Of a stretch of DNA of 20,000 nucleotides, positions 1 to 8,580 are shown one piece after another (position 1 is the stretch's first letter; each line of letters starts with the position of its first letter). Both the position numbers and the translations under genes were made by a program. The notes below the pieces were generated by a model. It saw nothing but the letters and a program-made list of their open reading frames with translations, was not told where the DNA came from and did not search any database. This DNA comes from an uncultured virus (IMG/VR IMGVR_UViG_3300005573_001612) (lineage: Duplodnaviria > Heunggongvirae > Uroviricota > Caudoviricetes), in the IMG/VR virus record IMGVR_UViG_3300005573_001612, one strand, 5' to 3'.

Positions 1-1
1 T

Positions 2-379
2 CCATTTGATCGCCAAATGGATTCAGGCGCGCCAAATGCATCCTATCCAACATCAGGGACAAGTACAGTAATATCAACACTCACAGGCGCAGCCGGAGTA
101 AATAGAGATTATAAGCTTGAATTTACCTGGGCATACAATCAGATTTCCACGGCTCCGGAAATGCACATGTCGTTTTATCGAAACGGTGTATTGCTTGTCG
201 ATTACCACCACGTAGCAATTACCGTGAACGGTCAATCACAAGTTTCTACCATTCATTATATGGACTTGAATATTCCTGCAGGGGCGGTATATACCGTTGT
301 AATTTCTGTGACAGGATCTTCAAATCAATACAACCTGCAAAACTGGGTATTTTCTCTTGACGGAACTCCGAGCGCATAA
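2..379 (+). CDS. C-terminal part of a phage structural (tail-associated, beta-rich) protein, probably truncated by the window edge
   Basis: The frame is open from position 2, upstream of the ATG at 17. The product is Thr/Ser/Val-rich with a beta-sandwich-like pattern. Its TAA overlaps the next ATG (TAATG at 377-381). Confidence 0.55.
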   Translation, partial: PFDRQMDSGAPNASYPTSGTSTVISTLTGAAGVNRDYKLEFTWAYNQISTAPEMHMSFYRNGVLLVDYHHVAITVNGQSQVSTIHYMDLNIPAGAVYTVVISVTGSSNQYNLQNWVFSLDGTPSA

Positions 380-837
380 TGAAAGTCCTTGCAATATCAA
401 ATAACCTGCAGGTCGGCCAATCGCTGAATAGTAATTCTAAAATAATTACCTTCAGACACTCGCGCGATGCGTTTGGATTTAATTATTCTGCCAATCCTAC
501 GTTTTATCAGCAATTCAGAATAGAGGCCATTTTTAAAAGGGTTAAAAATAGACCCGTTACAGAGCAGGTATATAGGAGACAGGATGGCGTATTTGTTGCG
601 CAAAATGTTTCTATCGATAAAACATATACTCTTGAAACCGGCTATTTGGACGAAAATTCGCACGACGCTTTAGCGGTTGCGCTGAAACACTCATCCATGA
701 AGCTCGACGATACAGCATACTTTCATCAGGGCACCTACGATTACGACGGTGATGATGACGATACATTAACCAATCTAATACAGGCGAAAGCAACACTCAC
801 CCAACAGGGTTACAATAAGACAACAGTAACATGTTAG
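379..837 (+). CDS. hypothetical phage structural (tail-associated) protein
   Basis: 152-aa ORF translationally coupled at both ends (TAATG; ATGTTAG). The function is inferred from its position among virion genes. Confidence 0.55.
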   Translation: MKVLAISNNLQVGQSLNSNSKIITFRHSRDAFGFNYSANPTFYQQFRIEAIFKRVKNRPVTEQVYRRQDGVFVAQNVSIDKTYTLETGYLDENSHDALAVALKHSSMKLDDTAYFHQGTYDYDGDDDDTLTNLIQAKATLTQQGYNKTTVTC

Positions 838-2639
838 ATCAATCTTTTATCAACAGGTATCTTGTTGATCCGAGTAAGCAGCCAAAACACAAGTATTACA
901 ATCAAAGTGTTGATATAAAACAGCATTTAGAAGCACATTCAAAAGGTACGTATCCAAAAGACCTTATTGAAATTGTGCGCCCGAATGAAACATTCGATCA
1001 AAAGCAATATAGAAAAAGTGTATGGACACCGAAAACAAAAACATATTTTTCAAAGGTTGTTACAACACTTGCAAAAATTCAGCGCGCTGAAGATTGGAAG
1101 ATTGATTTTCCTGATTCGGGAATTGCATTTGAGCAGGCAAATTCGTTAGAAGATTACACGCAAAAAAATTACCCTTATTTCACTTCGATTGAAAACTGGT
1201 TTTTTTCGGTTCAGATGCGTGATATGTGCGACGATCCCAACGGAGTAATCGCAGTACTTCCTATGCCAAAGAATGACCCGGCAGACGATTCAGAAGTATT
1301 GAAGCCATTTACTTTTTGGTTCGGAGCTGACGCTGTGATTGATTATGTAGAGAATTCATATTGCGTTTTAAAATCTTCGGAGACTTCAATTTTAGTTGAT
1401 TCGAATCAAAACCAATCTGCGGGATTGATTTATTATATTATTGATAAAGATTCCTGGGCGATCTGTACACAAGTTGGCGATCCGAAAGAAAATCGTTTTA
1501 CAACTGAAATTGCTGTTCACAATATTGGCTCAATGCCAGCCTTTAAAATTGGCGGCATCATTGAAGAATTCTGTAACGGTCAAAAGTTGTGGGATTCTTT
1601 TTTGGGAGATTGCTTACCAGATTGGGATGAAGCATTACGAAGATATTCTGATCTGCAGGTGCAAATGGTTCTTCATGTGCATTCTGAAAAGTGGGAAATT
1701 GAAGATACGCCGTGTAAGGTGTGTAATGAAAGCGGAATGGTTCCTAAAGTTGGCGGTGCTACCAACACAAAGGTTGTTTGCACTAATTGTCATGGCACAG
1801 GATCAGTGTCAAGCAGATCCCCATTTAATGTTAAAACAATCAAACCCGCTAGACAGATTGGAATGAACGAGTCGGTAAACATTCCGACACCTCCGATGGG
1901 CTATATTCAAAAGCCAATTGAGGATACGAAATTTATTGATAGCAAAGTAAACGATTCGATCGAATCAGGGCTTGCCGCAATCAATATGGAATTCCTAATG
2001 TTTGAGCCGGAAGTAAATTCAGGCGTTGCAAAAACATTAGACCGTCAGGAAGTAAATACTTTCTTCTACGAAGTCGGACGCCATATTGTAAAAAACATTC
2101 TTAATCCATGTTATTATTTTATTGGAAAATGGATGTATAGTGTTCAGTTAAATGACGATCAAATAAAAACGGTTATTCCCAATATTAATGTGCCGACCAA
2201 ATTTGATATTCTAACCGAAGACATATTAAGCGCACGGCTTGCTACGGCCAACACGGCAAACATTGATCCATCGTTAAAAATGGCACTTCAAATTGAGTGG
2301 GCTAAACGCGAATTCGGCGATCAGTCCGAGCAGGTTAAATTCATTAAATGTGTTGCTGAACTTGACCCACTTCCGGCCAAGACGGATGAAGAGAAAATGA
2401 CGATTCTTTCAAATAAGGGAACCACGCCGGATAATTATATTCTTTCTTGCAATCTTACTCCATTCATTATTCGAGCCGAATCAGAAAATAAAGAATTTTA
2501 TGAGTTGGAATATAAAGACAAAATGGACATTCTAATTAAATATGTCTCTGAAATGACTTTATCTCAAAATTCACTACTTGTTCCACAAATAGGGGCAGAT
2601 GGGCAGGATATAAATACGCCTGTAGATGTCGAGGCATAG
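831..2639 (+). CDS. phage portal protein with a CxxCxxxG zinc-finger insertion; the frame continues past the TAG to TGA 2864
   Basis: 602 aa, directly upstream of a gpF-like head gene. It carries the portal-like segment 'VNSGVAKTLDRQEVNTF' and the CKVCNESG...CTNCHGTG insert at 1713-1802. Confidence 0.8.
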   Translation: MLDQSFINRYLVDPSKQPKHKYYNQSVDIKQHLEAHSKGTYPKDLIEIVRPNETFDQKQYRKSVWTPKTKTYFSKVVTTLAKIQRAEDWKIDFPDSGIAFEQANSLEDYTQKNYPYFTSIENWFFSVQMRDMCDDPNGVIAVLPMPKNDPADDSEVLKPFTFWFGADAVIDYVENSYCVLKSSETSILVDSNQNQSAGLIYYIIDKDSWAICTQVGDPKENRFTTEIAVHNIGSMPAFKIGGIIEEFCNGQKLWDSFLGDCLPDWDEALRRYSDLQVQMVLHVHSEKWEIEDTPCKVCNESGMVPKVGGATNTKVVCTNCHGTGSVSSRSPFNVKTIKPARQIGMNESVNIPTPPMGYIQKPIEDTKFIDSKVNDSIESGLAAINMEFLMFEPEVNSGVAKTLDRQEVNTFFYEVGRHIVKNILNPCYYFIGKWMYSVQLNDDQIKTVIPNINVPTKFDILTEDILSARLATANTANIDPSLKMALQIEWAKREFGDQSEQVKFIKCVAELDPLPAKTDEEKMTILSNKGTTPDNYILSCNLTPFIIRAESENKEFYELEYKDKMDILIKYVSEMTLSQNSLLVPQIGADGQDINTPVDVEA

Positions 2640-2864
2640 GCAAAAGCAAACCTCAAAGGTTCTGTTGGTGGTGTTGAAGGGCTTATATCCATACAAACTT
2701 CAGTTTCACAAGGTATAACCGATTATACGGCAGCGCTTACAATGCTTTATGAAATATATGGCTTTGACGATGCAACTGCGCGCAAATTGCTTGGAGATCC
2801 TATAAAAATTCAATCTAAAATTGACGCAAAAACACAGTCTCAAAAACCTACGGTAAATGCCTGA
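2640..2864 (+). other. in-frame 74-codon extension of the portal beyond TAG 2637-2639 (readthrough product, or a nonsense/sequencing lesion)
   Basis: Translates without stops as AKANLKGSVGGVEGLISIQTSVSQGITDYTAALTMLYEIYGFDDATARKLLGDPIKIQSKIDAKTQSQKPTVNA*. The TGA overlaps the next gene's start (ATGCCTGA). Confidence 0.8.
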
Positions 2865-3729
2865 TCCAATATCATACTTTGATGATCTGGAAGATCACAT
2901 TCAGTCTTTACTCAAAACATTTGAGGCTAAAATACCTGGCGTTAATGACGAACTGATTGGTATTATAAATGATCTGTACTCAGAACTTGACCGTACCGGC
3001 ACCAATATAAATGCAAGTGTAAACAATCTTAAAGCCCTCAATTCGTTTAAAACACGAATCAGTACAACGCTTGAAAATGGTTCGTATGGGGATGCAGTAA
3101 AAGATTTTGTTTCTGGCTATAGTTCGAGTGCGGATTATCTGAACAACTATTTTTCTGCCGTATCAAGCACGTTTAAGCAATCGGATGCGCTGTACAATGC
3201 AATCCTGCAATCAAACATCCAAAGCACTACACAATCACTACTAGGCTCTGGCGTGGATGCTAATTTTACCGACCCTGTAATGAATATCCTGCGCAACCAG
3301 ATAACGACAGGTTCAAGTAAAGCAGAATTCACACAGTCGCTTAAAGATGTGTTGATAGGCGATAATTCAATACTTCACAAGTACGCCAGCCAGGTTTCTT
3401 CAGATTCAATTTCTCAGTTCAACTCAAACTACATTAATACAGTAAGCAAAGACCTTGGTCTGGCGCACTATTATTATAAGGGAACAAAGATTTCAGATAC
3501 ACGGGATTTTTGCAGACGAATTGCGGGCAAATATATTGCAGAAGATGATTTAAAAAAATATGTTCAGCAACAAATGCTACTGAACGGCGGCAAAGGGTGG
3601 CAGGGAATGGTTAAAGGCGAAAATTGGACAACATTTCCAATTTATAGAGGTGGCTATAATTGCAGGCATTATCTAATACCTGTGAGCAAAGAGCTATATG
3701 ATGCGGCGACTAATATTTTTTATATTTAG
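2857..3729 (+). CDS. phage head morphogenesis / minor capsid protein (Mu gpF / SPP1 gp7-like)
   Basis: Directly follows the portal. It has a helical N-terminus and the C-terminal motifs 'YYYKG...DTRDFC' and 'RGGYNCRHYLIPV' typical of the family. Confidence 0.8.
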   Translation: MPDPISYFDDLEDHIQSLLKTFEAKIPGVNDELIGIINDLYSELDRTGTNINASVNNLKALNSFKTRISTTLENGSYGDAVKDFVSGYSSSADYLNNYFSAVSSTFKQSDALYNAILQSNIQSTTQSLLGSGVDANFTDPVMNILRNQITTGSSKAEFTQSLKDVLIGDNSILHKYASQVSSDSISQFNSNYINTVSKDLGLAHYYYKGTKISDTRDFCRRIAGKYIAEDDLKKYVQQQMLLNGGKGWQGMVKGENWTTFPIYRGGYNCRHYLIPVSKELYDAATNIFYI

Positions 3730-4068
3730 TTATATTTTGCCGCCAAACATGCTTTTAATCATTTGTTCGTTAATGTGTTTTGCCATATCATCAAAACGCT
3801 TCATATTCCATTCATCAATACTCATTCCTGATGATTTAAAATATTCTTCTTCTTTTATCTGTGCCAATTTATTTTCCTGTTCGGATAATAATTTATTTGT
3901 CAAAAAATCATTTAATTCTTCAATAGGCACGTCAAGCATTTTTCTAAAATACCAATCGCCAGAATCTTTCATACCGCCAGTATAATGACTCCATCCCTTT
4001 TCTACACCAAGCGATGGGTGCAGATTGCATATTTCATCAATTACATTTATTTTATTGCTTAATTCCAT
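3730..4068 (-). CDS. hypothetical protein (accessory cassette)
   Basis: 112-aa ORF overlapping the end of the upstream lipoprotein gene by 10 nt. Its stop codon directly abuts the stop of the convergent gpF-like gene. Confidence 0.65.
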   Translation of the reverse strand: MELSNKINVIDEICNLHPSLGVEKGWSHYTGGMKDSGDWYFRKMLDVPIEELNDFLTNKLLSEQENKLAQIKEEEYFKSSGMSIDEWNMKRFDDMAKHINEQMIKSMFGGKI

Positions 4069-4382
4069 GTGAAGGTTTGGTTATTTTGCCAAAAAACATA
4101 TCCAACCTTTGTTGACCCGTAATAAACATAAATATTATTATTAGACGGTGCGCCATTTTGAAATGTATGTGTTAAAACATAGGTGCTTTTTTTATCAATA
4201 TTAGCATATTGAGTCCCGCTTAACGCATCGTCTGTATATGTAATAGTAAATGCAGAGTCTTTATTATTTACAATAGTAATTTTATAGCTCACCGCCTTAG
4301 ATGCAGGCTGCGGATCGTCTGATTTGTGGTGTTTGCATGCAAATATTGATATTGCAAGCAAAATAAAAATTATCTTTTTCAT
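4059..4382 (-). CDS. predicted lipoprotein
   Basis: MKK, a hydrophobic stretch, then lipobox IFA-C (Cys16). A K/D-rich linker (CKHHKSDDPQP) and a small beta-rich domain follow, as in Bacteroidota lipoproteins. Confidence 0.8.
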   Translation of the reverse strand: MKKIIFILLAISIFACKHHKSDDPQPASKAVSYKITIVNNKDSAFTITYTDDALSGTQYANIDKKSTYVLTHTFQNGAPSNNNIYVYYGSTKVGYVFWQNNQTFTWN

Positions 4383-4561
4383 TACTTTTTGTTTTTAAGT
4401 TCTCCGTATTCCCGGATAATGTCCGAAACTGCATCCGGCATGCTTGGTCTTTTTCCGTAAATTTCTTCGTAATCCCTCTGAAATTTTCTGATTATTTTTT
4501 TTTCATCCTCGCACAAAAACTGAGTATAAGATGTGCATTCAGTGATTGGTTTTGCTGCCAT
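4382..4561 (-). CDS. 59-aa putative DNA-binding (ribbon-helix-helix-like) protein, absent from the ORF track
   Basis: Manual translation gives MAAKPITECTSYTQFLCEDEKKIIRKFQRDYEEIYGKRPSMPDAVSDIIREYGELKNKK*. Its stop is coupled to the lipoprotein start (TAATG on the - strand). The strand-helix-helix pattern ends in 'SMPDAVSDIIREY'. Confidence 0.65.
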   Translation of the reverse strand: MAAKPITECTSYTQFLCEDEKKIIRKFQRDYEEIYGKRPSMPDAVSDIIREYGELKNKK

Positions 4562-4638
4562 GTTGTATCCTGTTATTTGATGTTACAAGATAATACATTA
4601 TACGACAAGCGCAAAAAAAAGGTTATCTATTTTTGTGC
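4562..4638. promoter_or_regulatory. divergent promoter region with a Bacteroidota -7 element TAnnTTTG (TATTTTTG, 4628-4635, + strand)
   Basis: The only divergent intergenic gap in the window. It has an exact match to the Bacteroidota primary-sigma -7 consensus, ending 3 nt before ATG 4639. Confidence 0.5.
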
Positions 4639-5292
4639 ATGATCTTAGTAAAGTTTCCAACACGGTCAAGACCTGAATTATTCCTTAAAACGCTATCCGA
4701 TTATATTCGCCTAGCAAAGGATAATAGCCGGATTCAGTATCTAATATCTATCGACAATGATGATGAAACAATGACCGATTATGTCATTAATCAGGCACAA
4801 GCGTTTCATCCAAATGTTGTGTTTTTTAAAGGCGACTCAAAAACAAAAATACAAGCCTGTAACGCGGATATTGAAAAAGCGAATCCCTGGGAAATTATCC
4901 TTCTTATATCTGACGATATGAAAGTCGGTTTGCTGAATTGGGATCAGCGCATAATCGAAGATTTCAACGGAAATTACGACCAATGCATGTGGTACTTCGA
5001 TGGCTACCAGAAGCGGGTATGTACATTATCATGCGTTGGCAAAGATTACTATAACCGATTTGGTTATCTGTACCACCCATCATACAAATCTTTTTTCTGT
5101 GATAATGAATTCACAGAGGTTGCACAGGGTGCCGGAAAAATAAAACTCATTGGAATTCCGATTATAAAACACATGCACCCAAGCTGGGGAAATGGTGTGC
5201 CGGATGATGCATTGTATCAACGCAATGATACGCATTGGGCTTTTGATGAAGAAAATTACTTTAAACGAAGAGCCTGTGGATTCCCTATATAA
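4639..5292 (+). CDS. GT-A fold glycosyltransferase (GT2-like)
   Basis: N-terminal 'ILVKFPTRSRP', then 'ISIDNDD', the DxD-type motif 'ILLISDDM', 'FFCDNEF' and a C-terminal 'IIKHMH'. ATG 4639 is preferred over TTG 4633. Confidence 0.8.
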   Translation: MILVKFPTRSRPELFLKTLSDYIRLAKDNSRIQYLISIDNDDETMTDYVINQAQAFHPNVVFFKGDSKTKIQACNADIEKANPWEIILLISDDMKVGLLNWDQRIIEDFNGNYDQCMWYFDGYQKRVCTLSCVGKDYYNRFGYLYHPSYKSFFCDNEFTEVAQGAGKIKLIGIPIIKHMHPSWGNGVPDDALYQRNDTHWAFDEENYFKRRACGFPI

Positions 5293-5866
5293 ACTATCTG
5301 TCTTACTTCCTACAATAGTTGGCAGAGAGCATTTATTTGATGCTTTAAATAATGAGCTTGAAAGGCAAATTGATTTGGGTTGCCTAAAAGATGTGGTTCA
5401 GATTGTTCCATTGAAGGACAATAAAGAAATTTCAATTGGCGCAAAAAGACAGAGGCTTCTTGAAATGGCCGAGGGTGAATACGTTGTATTCATTGATGAT
5501 GACGACTGGGTCGCATCAAACTACATTGAAAAAATACTTGATAATACCGGAAGCGATTGTGTTGGATTTCAGATCGAATGCACATTTGAAGGAAAAGAAA
5601 AATGCTTGGCAAGTGCGCATCTGAAATATAAAGATTGGGGCGAAAATAAAGAGAACTTTAGGTTTGTCAGATCAATTTATCATAAGACACCTGTACGCCG
5701 TGAATTAGCTTTACAGGCTGGGTTTAAAGACATGCGTTATGCTGAGGACTACGATTACTCAATGCGTGTAATGCCTCTGTTAAAATCATGCGCATACATT
5801 AATCAGGTCATGTACTACTATCGATATAAACACGAAGATCACAACGCCAAGTATGGAATCACATAA
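5276..5866 (+). CDS. glycosyltransferase family 2
   Basis: Motifs 'KLSVLLPT', 'IGAKRQRLLEMAEGEYVVFIDDDD' and 'YAEDYDY'. The start is uncertain (GTG 5276, ATG 5246 or ATG 5192). Confidence 0.88.
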   Translation: MDSLYKLSVLLPTIVGREHLFDALNNELERQIDLGCLKDVVQIVPLKDNKEISIGAKRQRLLEMAEGEYVVFIDDDDWVASNYIEKILDNTGSDCVGFQIECTFEGKEKCLASAHLKYKDWGENKENFRFVRSIYHKTPVRRELALQAGFKDMRYAEDYDYSMRVMPLLKSCAYINQVMYYYRYKHEDHNAKYGIT

Positions 5867-6521
5867 AAAAGCTTGTGTAATAAATGTTGGTATCGGTGCA
5901 TGGTATCCGGTGGGACAAAAAAGACTTGTACGCTCACTTGATATGCACGGGTGGAACTGGGATATACTTACATGGACGGATTGGCCTAATGATAACTTCG
6001 ACAAATCTTGTATTTACAATGCAAAGGCCGCAGCATTTGAAGAAGCAATTAAGCAAGGTTATACGCATATCTTATGGATGGATTGCAGTATGTGGGTGAT
6101 CGGCGATCCTAATAAAATGATGGATATAATCAACGACGAAGGTTATTACATAGGAATGTCAGGATTCAATTGTGCAAATGTTTGTTCGGATAAATGCTTG
6201 CATTACTTCGGAGTTGACAGGGATACAGCAGAAACTTTTCCGGATGGTCAAACAGGGTGCTTTGGCGTTAATCTTGAAAATCCAATCGCAAAGGAATTTA
6301 TTGATACATGGCTTCGGTCTGCTAAAGATGGAGCGTTCAGCGGAAGCCGTGAACACGATAACCAAAGTTCAGATCCGCGCTTCATGTTTCACAGACAGGA
6401 TCAGGCATGCGCTTCGATTATTGCCAATAAATTAAAAATGAAATTAACGCCATTCGGTCAGCTAGTGTCTTACTATCCGGCTGATTTGGATAAAGTAATA
6501 TTTACCTGCAGAGGAATGTAA
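5853..6521 (+). CDS. putative nucleotide-diphospho-sugar transferase (GT-A fold)
   Basis: Motifs 'YNAKAAAF', 'HILWMDCS' (DxD-equivalent strand) and 'HRQDQACASI', a pattern seen in GT8/GT34/GT77-like GT-A enzymes. It lies in an operon with other GTs. Confidence 0.65.
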   Translation: MESHKKACVINVGIGAWYPVGQKRLVRSLDMHGWNWDILTWTDWPNDNFDKSCIYNAKAAAFEEAIKQGYTHILWMDCSMWVIGDPNKMMDIINDEGYYIGMSGFNCANVCSDKCLHYFGVDRDTAETFPDGQTGCFGVNLENPIAKEFIDTWLRSAKDGAFSGSREHDNQSSDPRFMFHRQDQACASIIANKLKMKLTPFGQLVSYYPADLDKVIFTCRGM

Positions 6522-6522
6522 C

Positions 6523-7158
6523 ATGCAAAGAAGAATATATCACTCTCAAAATGATGAGGAACACATAATTAATATGTATTTCTTAATTGATAAAAAACAA
6601 TTATCTGGTACATTTTTGGATTTAGGAGCAAACGATGGAATGACTCTTAGTAACACTCATGGTCTTGCAAGGCAGAGATGGAGAGGGCATTGTGTAGAGC
6701 CGTGCCCTACACCATTTGAAAAGCTTAGACAATTGTATTATCGTCGGTTAGATATTCAAATATCTAACATAGCAATCGGAGTTGAAAATGGAGAAGCTGA
6801 AATATTAAGATCGGATTCACATTTAAAAAATGGAGATACAGATTTGCTATCTACCCTAAAACAAGGAGAGACAATAAGGTGGGGGGAGACACAAATATTT
6901 ACTCCTGAAATTGTGAATGTTTTAGATTTTAAAACATTCATGAAAACGTCAAACCTTAAAACATTCGATTTTATTTCAATAGACATTGAAGGCCTCGACT
7001 ACGATGTATTGATTCAAATGGATTTAAAAGAACTCGGGTGTAAAATGCTTTGCATTGAATCCAACTCAATCGACGATCAAAAGTACATTGATTATTGCGC
7101 TAAGTTCGGAATGAAATTACATCATAAGAATTACGAGAATTTAATATTTACAGTATGA
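6523..7158 (+). CDS. FkbM-family SAM-dependent methyltransferase
   Basis: Motifs 'HSQNDEE', 'FLDLGANDG...SNT', 'CVEP', 'DFISIDIEGLDYDVL' and 'LCIE'. Confidence 0.9.
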   Translation: MQRRIYHSQNDEEHIINMYFLIDKKQLSGTFLDLGANDGMTLSNTHGLARQRWRGHCVEPCPTPFEKLRQLYYRRLDIQISNIAIGVENGEAEILRSDSHLKNGDTDLLSTLKQGETIRWGETQIFTPEIVNVLDFKTFMKTSNLKTFDFISIDIEGLDYDVLIQMDLKELGCKMLCIESNSIDDQKYIDYCAKFGMKLHHKNYENLIFTV

Positions 7159-7718
7159 CAGAAAAGGACGAATTATTTAATGAATGGATTAAAATTTTAC
7201 GAAATGATTTATCTGATTCAGAAGTATGTCTAATTAAAAAATTCTTTGTTGGTGGATATAATAATAATTATGATTTCGTAAGAATGTCTACTAATGAGTA
7301 TTCGCTATATGCTAATGCAATAATTGAAACATCTTGCCAAACAGCATTTAGGTATGGAATATTTAAATCACCATTTAAAAATCCAGTTGGAATATTTGAA
7401 AATAAACAAAATGTTTTAACAATACCCAAATCATTTGTCCTTTTTGCAACAACCGTAAATATTGTTTGGGACGAAATTAAATCTCAAAATGGAGACTTCT
7501 ATGGGGAGTGGAGTTACGCCACACAAACTATTACAATGTCTAAAATGAATGGCGTTATCCCACTATCAGAAGATAGAGTAGAAGAAACATTTTATCATGA
7601 GAGGGTTCATGCAATACTGGACGCTATGCATGAAAATGAATTAAATAAAAATGAAAAGTTTGTAGATACGTTTGCAAAGCTTTTAAGACAAGCAGACAAA
7701 ACGGCTATATACGAATGA
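7155..7718 (+). CDS. hypothetical protein with a C-terminal HExxH zincin-like domain
   Basis: 'EETFYHERVHAILD...NEKFVD' gives HExxH plus a downstream Glu. ATGA overlaps at both ends. Confidence 0.6.
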   Translation: MTEKDELFNEWIKILRNDLSDSEVCLIKKFFVGGYNNNYDFVRMSTNEYSLYANAIIETSCQTAFRYGIFKSPFKNPVGIFENKQNVLTIPKSFVLFATTVNIVWDEIKSQNGDFYGEWSYATQTITMSKMNGVIPLSEDRVEETFYHERVHAILDAMHENELNKNEKFVDTFAKLLRQADKTAIYE

Positions 7719-8371
7719 AAATCTGTGTAATCATATTAAACGATGGTCGCAACGACTATTTAGAGCAGACTTTAAAAAGCCTTGTTAAAAATGTTGTGTT
7801 TCCATTCGAAGCAGAATTATATAAAATACTTTACGATGACATGCCGGATGGTAGGGATGAAGAATTACTATCACGTATCGCACTCGAATATAAAATAGAC
7901 CGCGTAATCCTATCAGATAAAAATAACGGCATTGATCAGGCAGTGCAGAATGTTTGGAAAGAAGTTCCGGAGTGTGCTTATATCTGGCATCAAGAAAACG
8001 ACTTTACATATAACGAGCAGATAGCAGTTGAAGAGATGATACGTCCGCTTGAAATGAATCGCATGATAGGGCAGGTTGCATTGCAGCGTCAAGCATGGTA
8101 TGATGATGAGATCGAAGCAGGAGGCATGTACAAAGTACCGTACAGAACATACAGGCAGGGAAATATTGCAGGAACAAACTTAGTATTTCAAGATAAGTTT
8201 TTCACCCACAATCCCTGTGTTTACCGCTATTCGTCAATTGCGCAAGTTTCGCCATATAATGAATTGGCATTTGCGGAACATTTGAAAAAGACCGGAGTAA
8301 AAACATTCGCTTATTTAGGAAAATTAACCGATGCGCCGAAAGTGCATCATATCGGAGTGATAAAGAAATGA
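7715..8371 (+). CDS. GT-A fold glycosyltransferase (GT2-like)
   Basis: Motifs 'KICVIILNDGRNDYLEQTLKS', 'ILYDD', 'YIWHQENDF', 'FTHNP' and a C-terminal 'VHHIG'. Confidence 0.8.
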   Translation: MKICVIILNDGRNDYLEQTLKSLVKNVVFPFEAELYKILYDDMPDGRDEELLSRIALEYKIDRVILSDKNNGIDQAVQNVWKEVPECAYIWHQENDFTYNEQIAVEEMIRPLEMNRMIGQVALQRQAWYDDEIEAGGMYKVPYRTYRQGNIAGTNLVFQDKFFTHNPCVYRYSSIAQVSPYNELAFAEHLKKTGVKTFAYLGKLTDAPKVHHIGVIKK

Positions 8372-8580
8372 CAGATCATCAGGAACAAATATTTGTATTG
8401 GTATTAATGCTTTCAATCTTTTGGTGTGTTATTAACTGGGGGATTCAGGGCTTTTTATGTGATAAAAAATGGTATCAAAAATACTTTTTTGCGCACATGA
8501 TGCTTTACGCTGTTCCATTAATTTTGTGTTTTATAGTCGCATTTATTGCAACAATTATTTTGCTAATAAAGATTATATGA
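8368..8580 (+). CDS. small membrane protein (2 predicted TM segments)
   Basis: 70 aa with two long hydrophobic stretches. ATGA-coupled at both ends. Confidence 0.6.
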   Translation: MTDHQEQIFVLVLMLSIFWCVINWGIQGFLCDKKWYQKYFFAHMMLYAVPLILCFIVAFIATIILLIKII

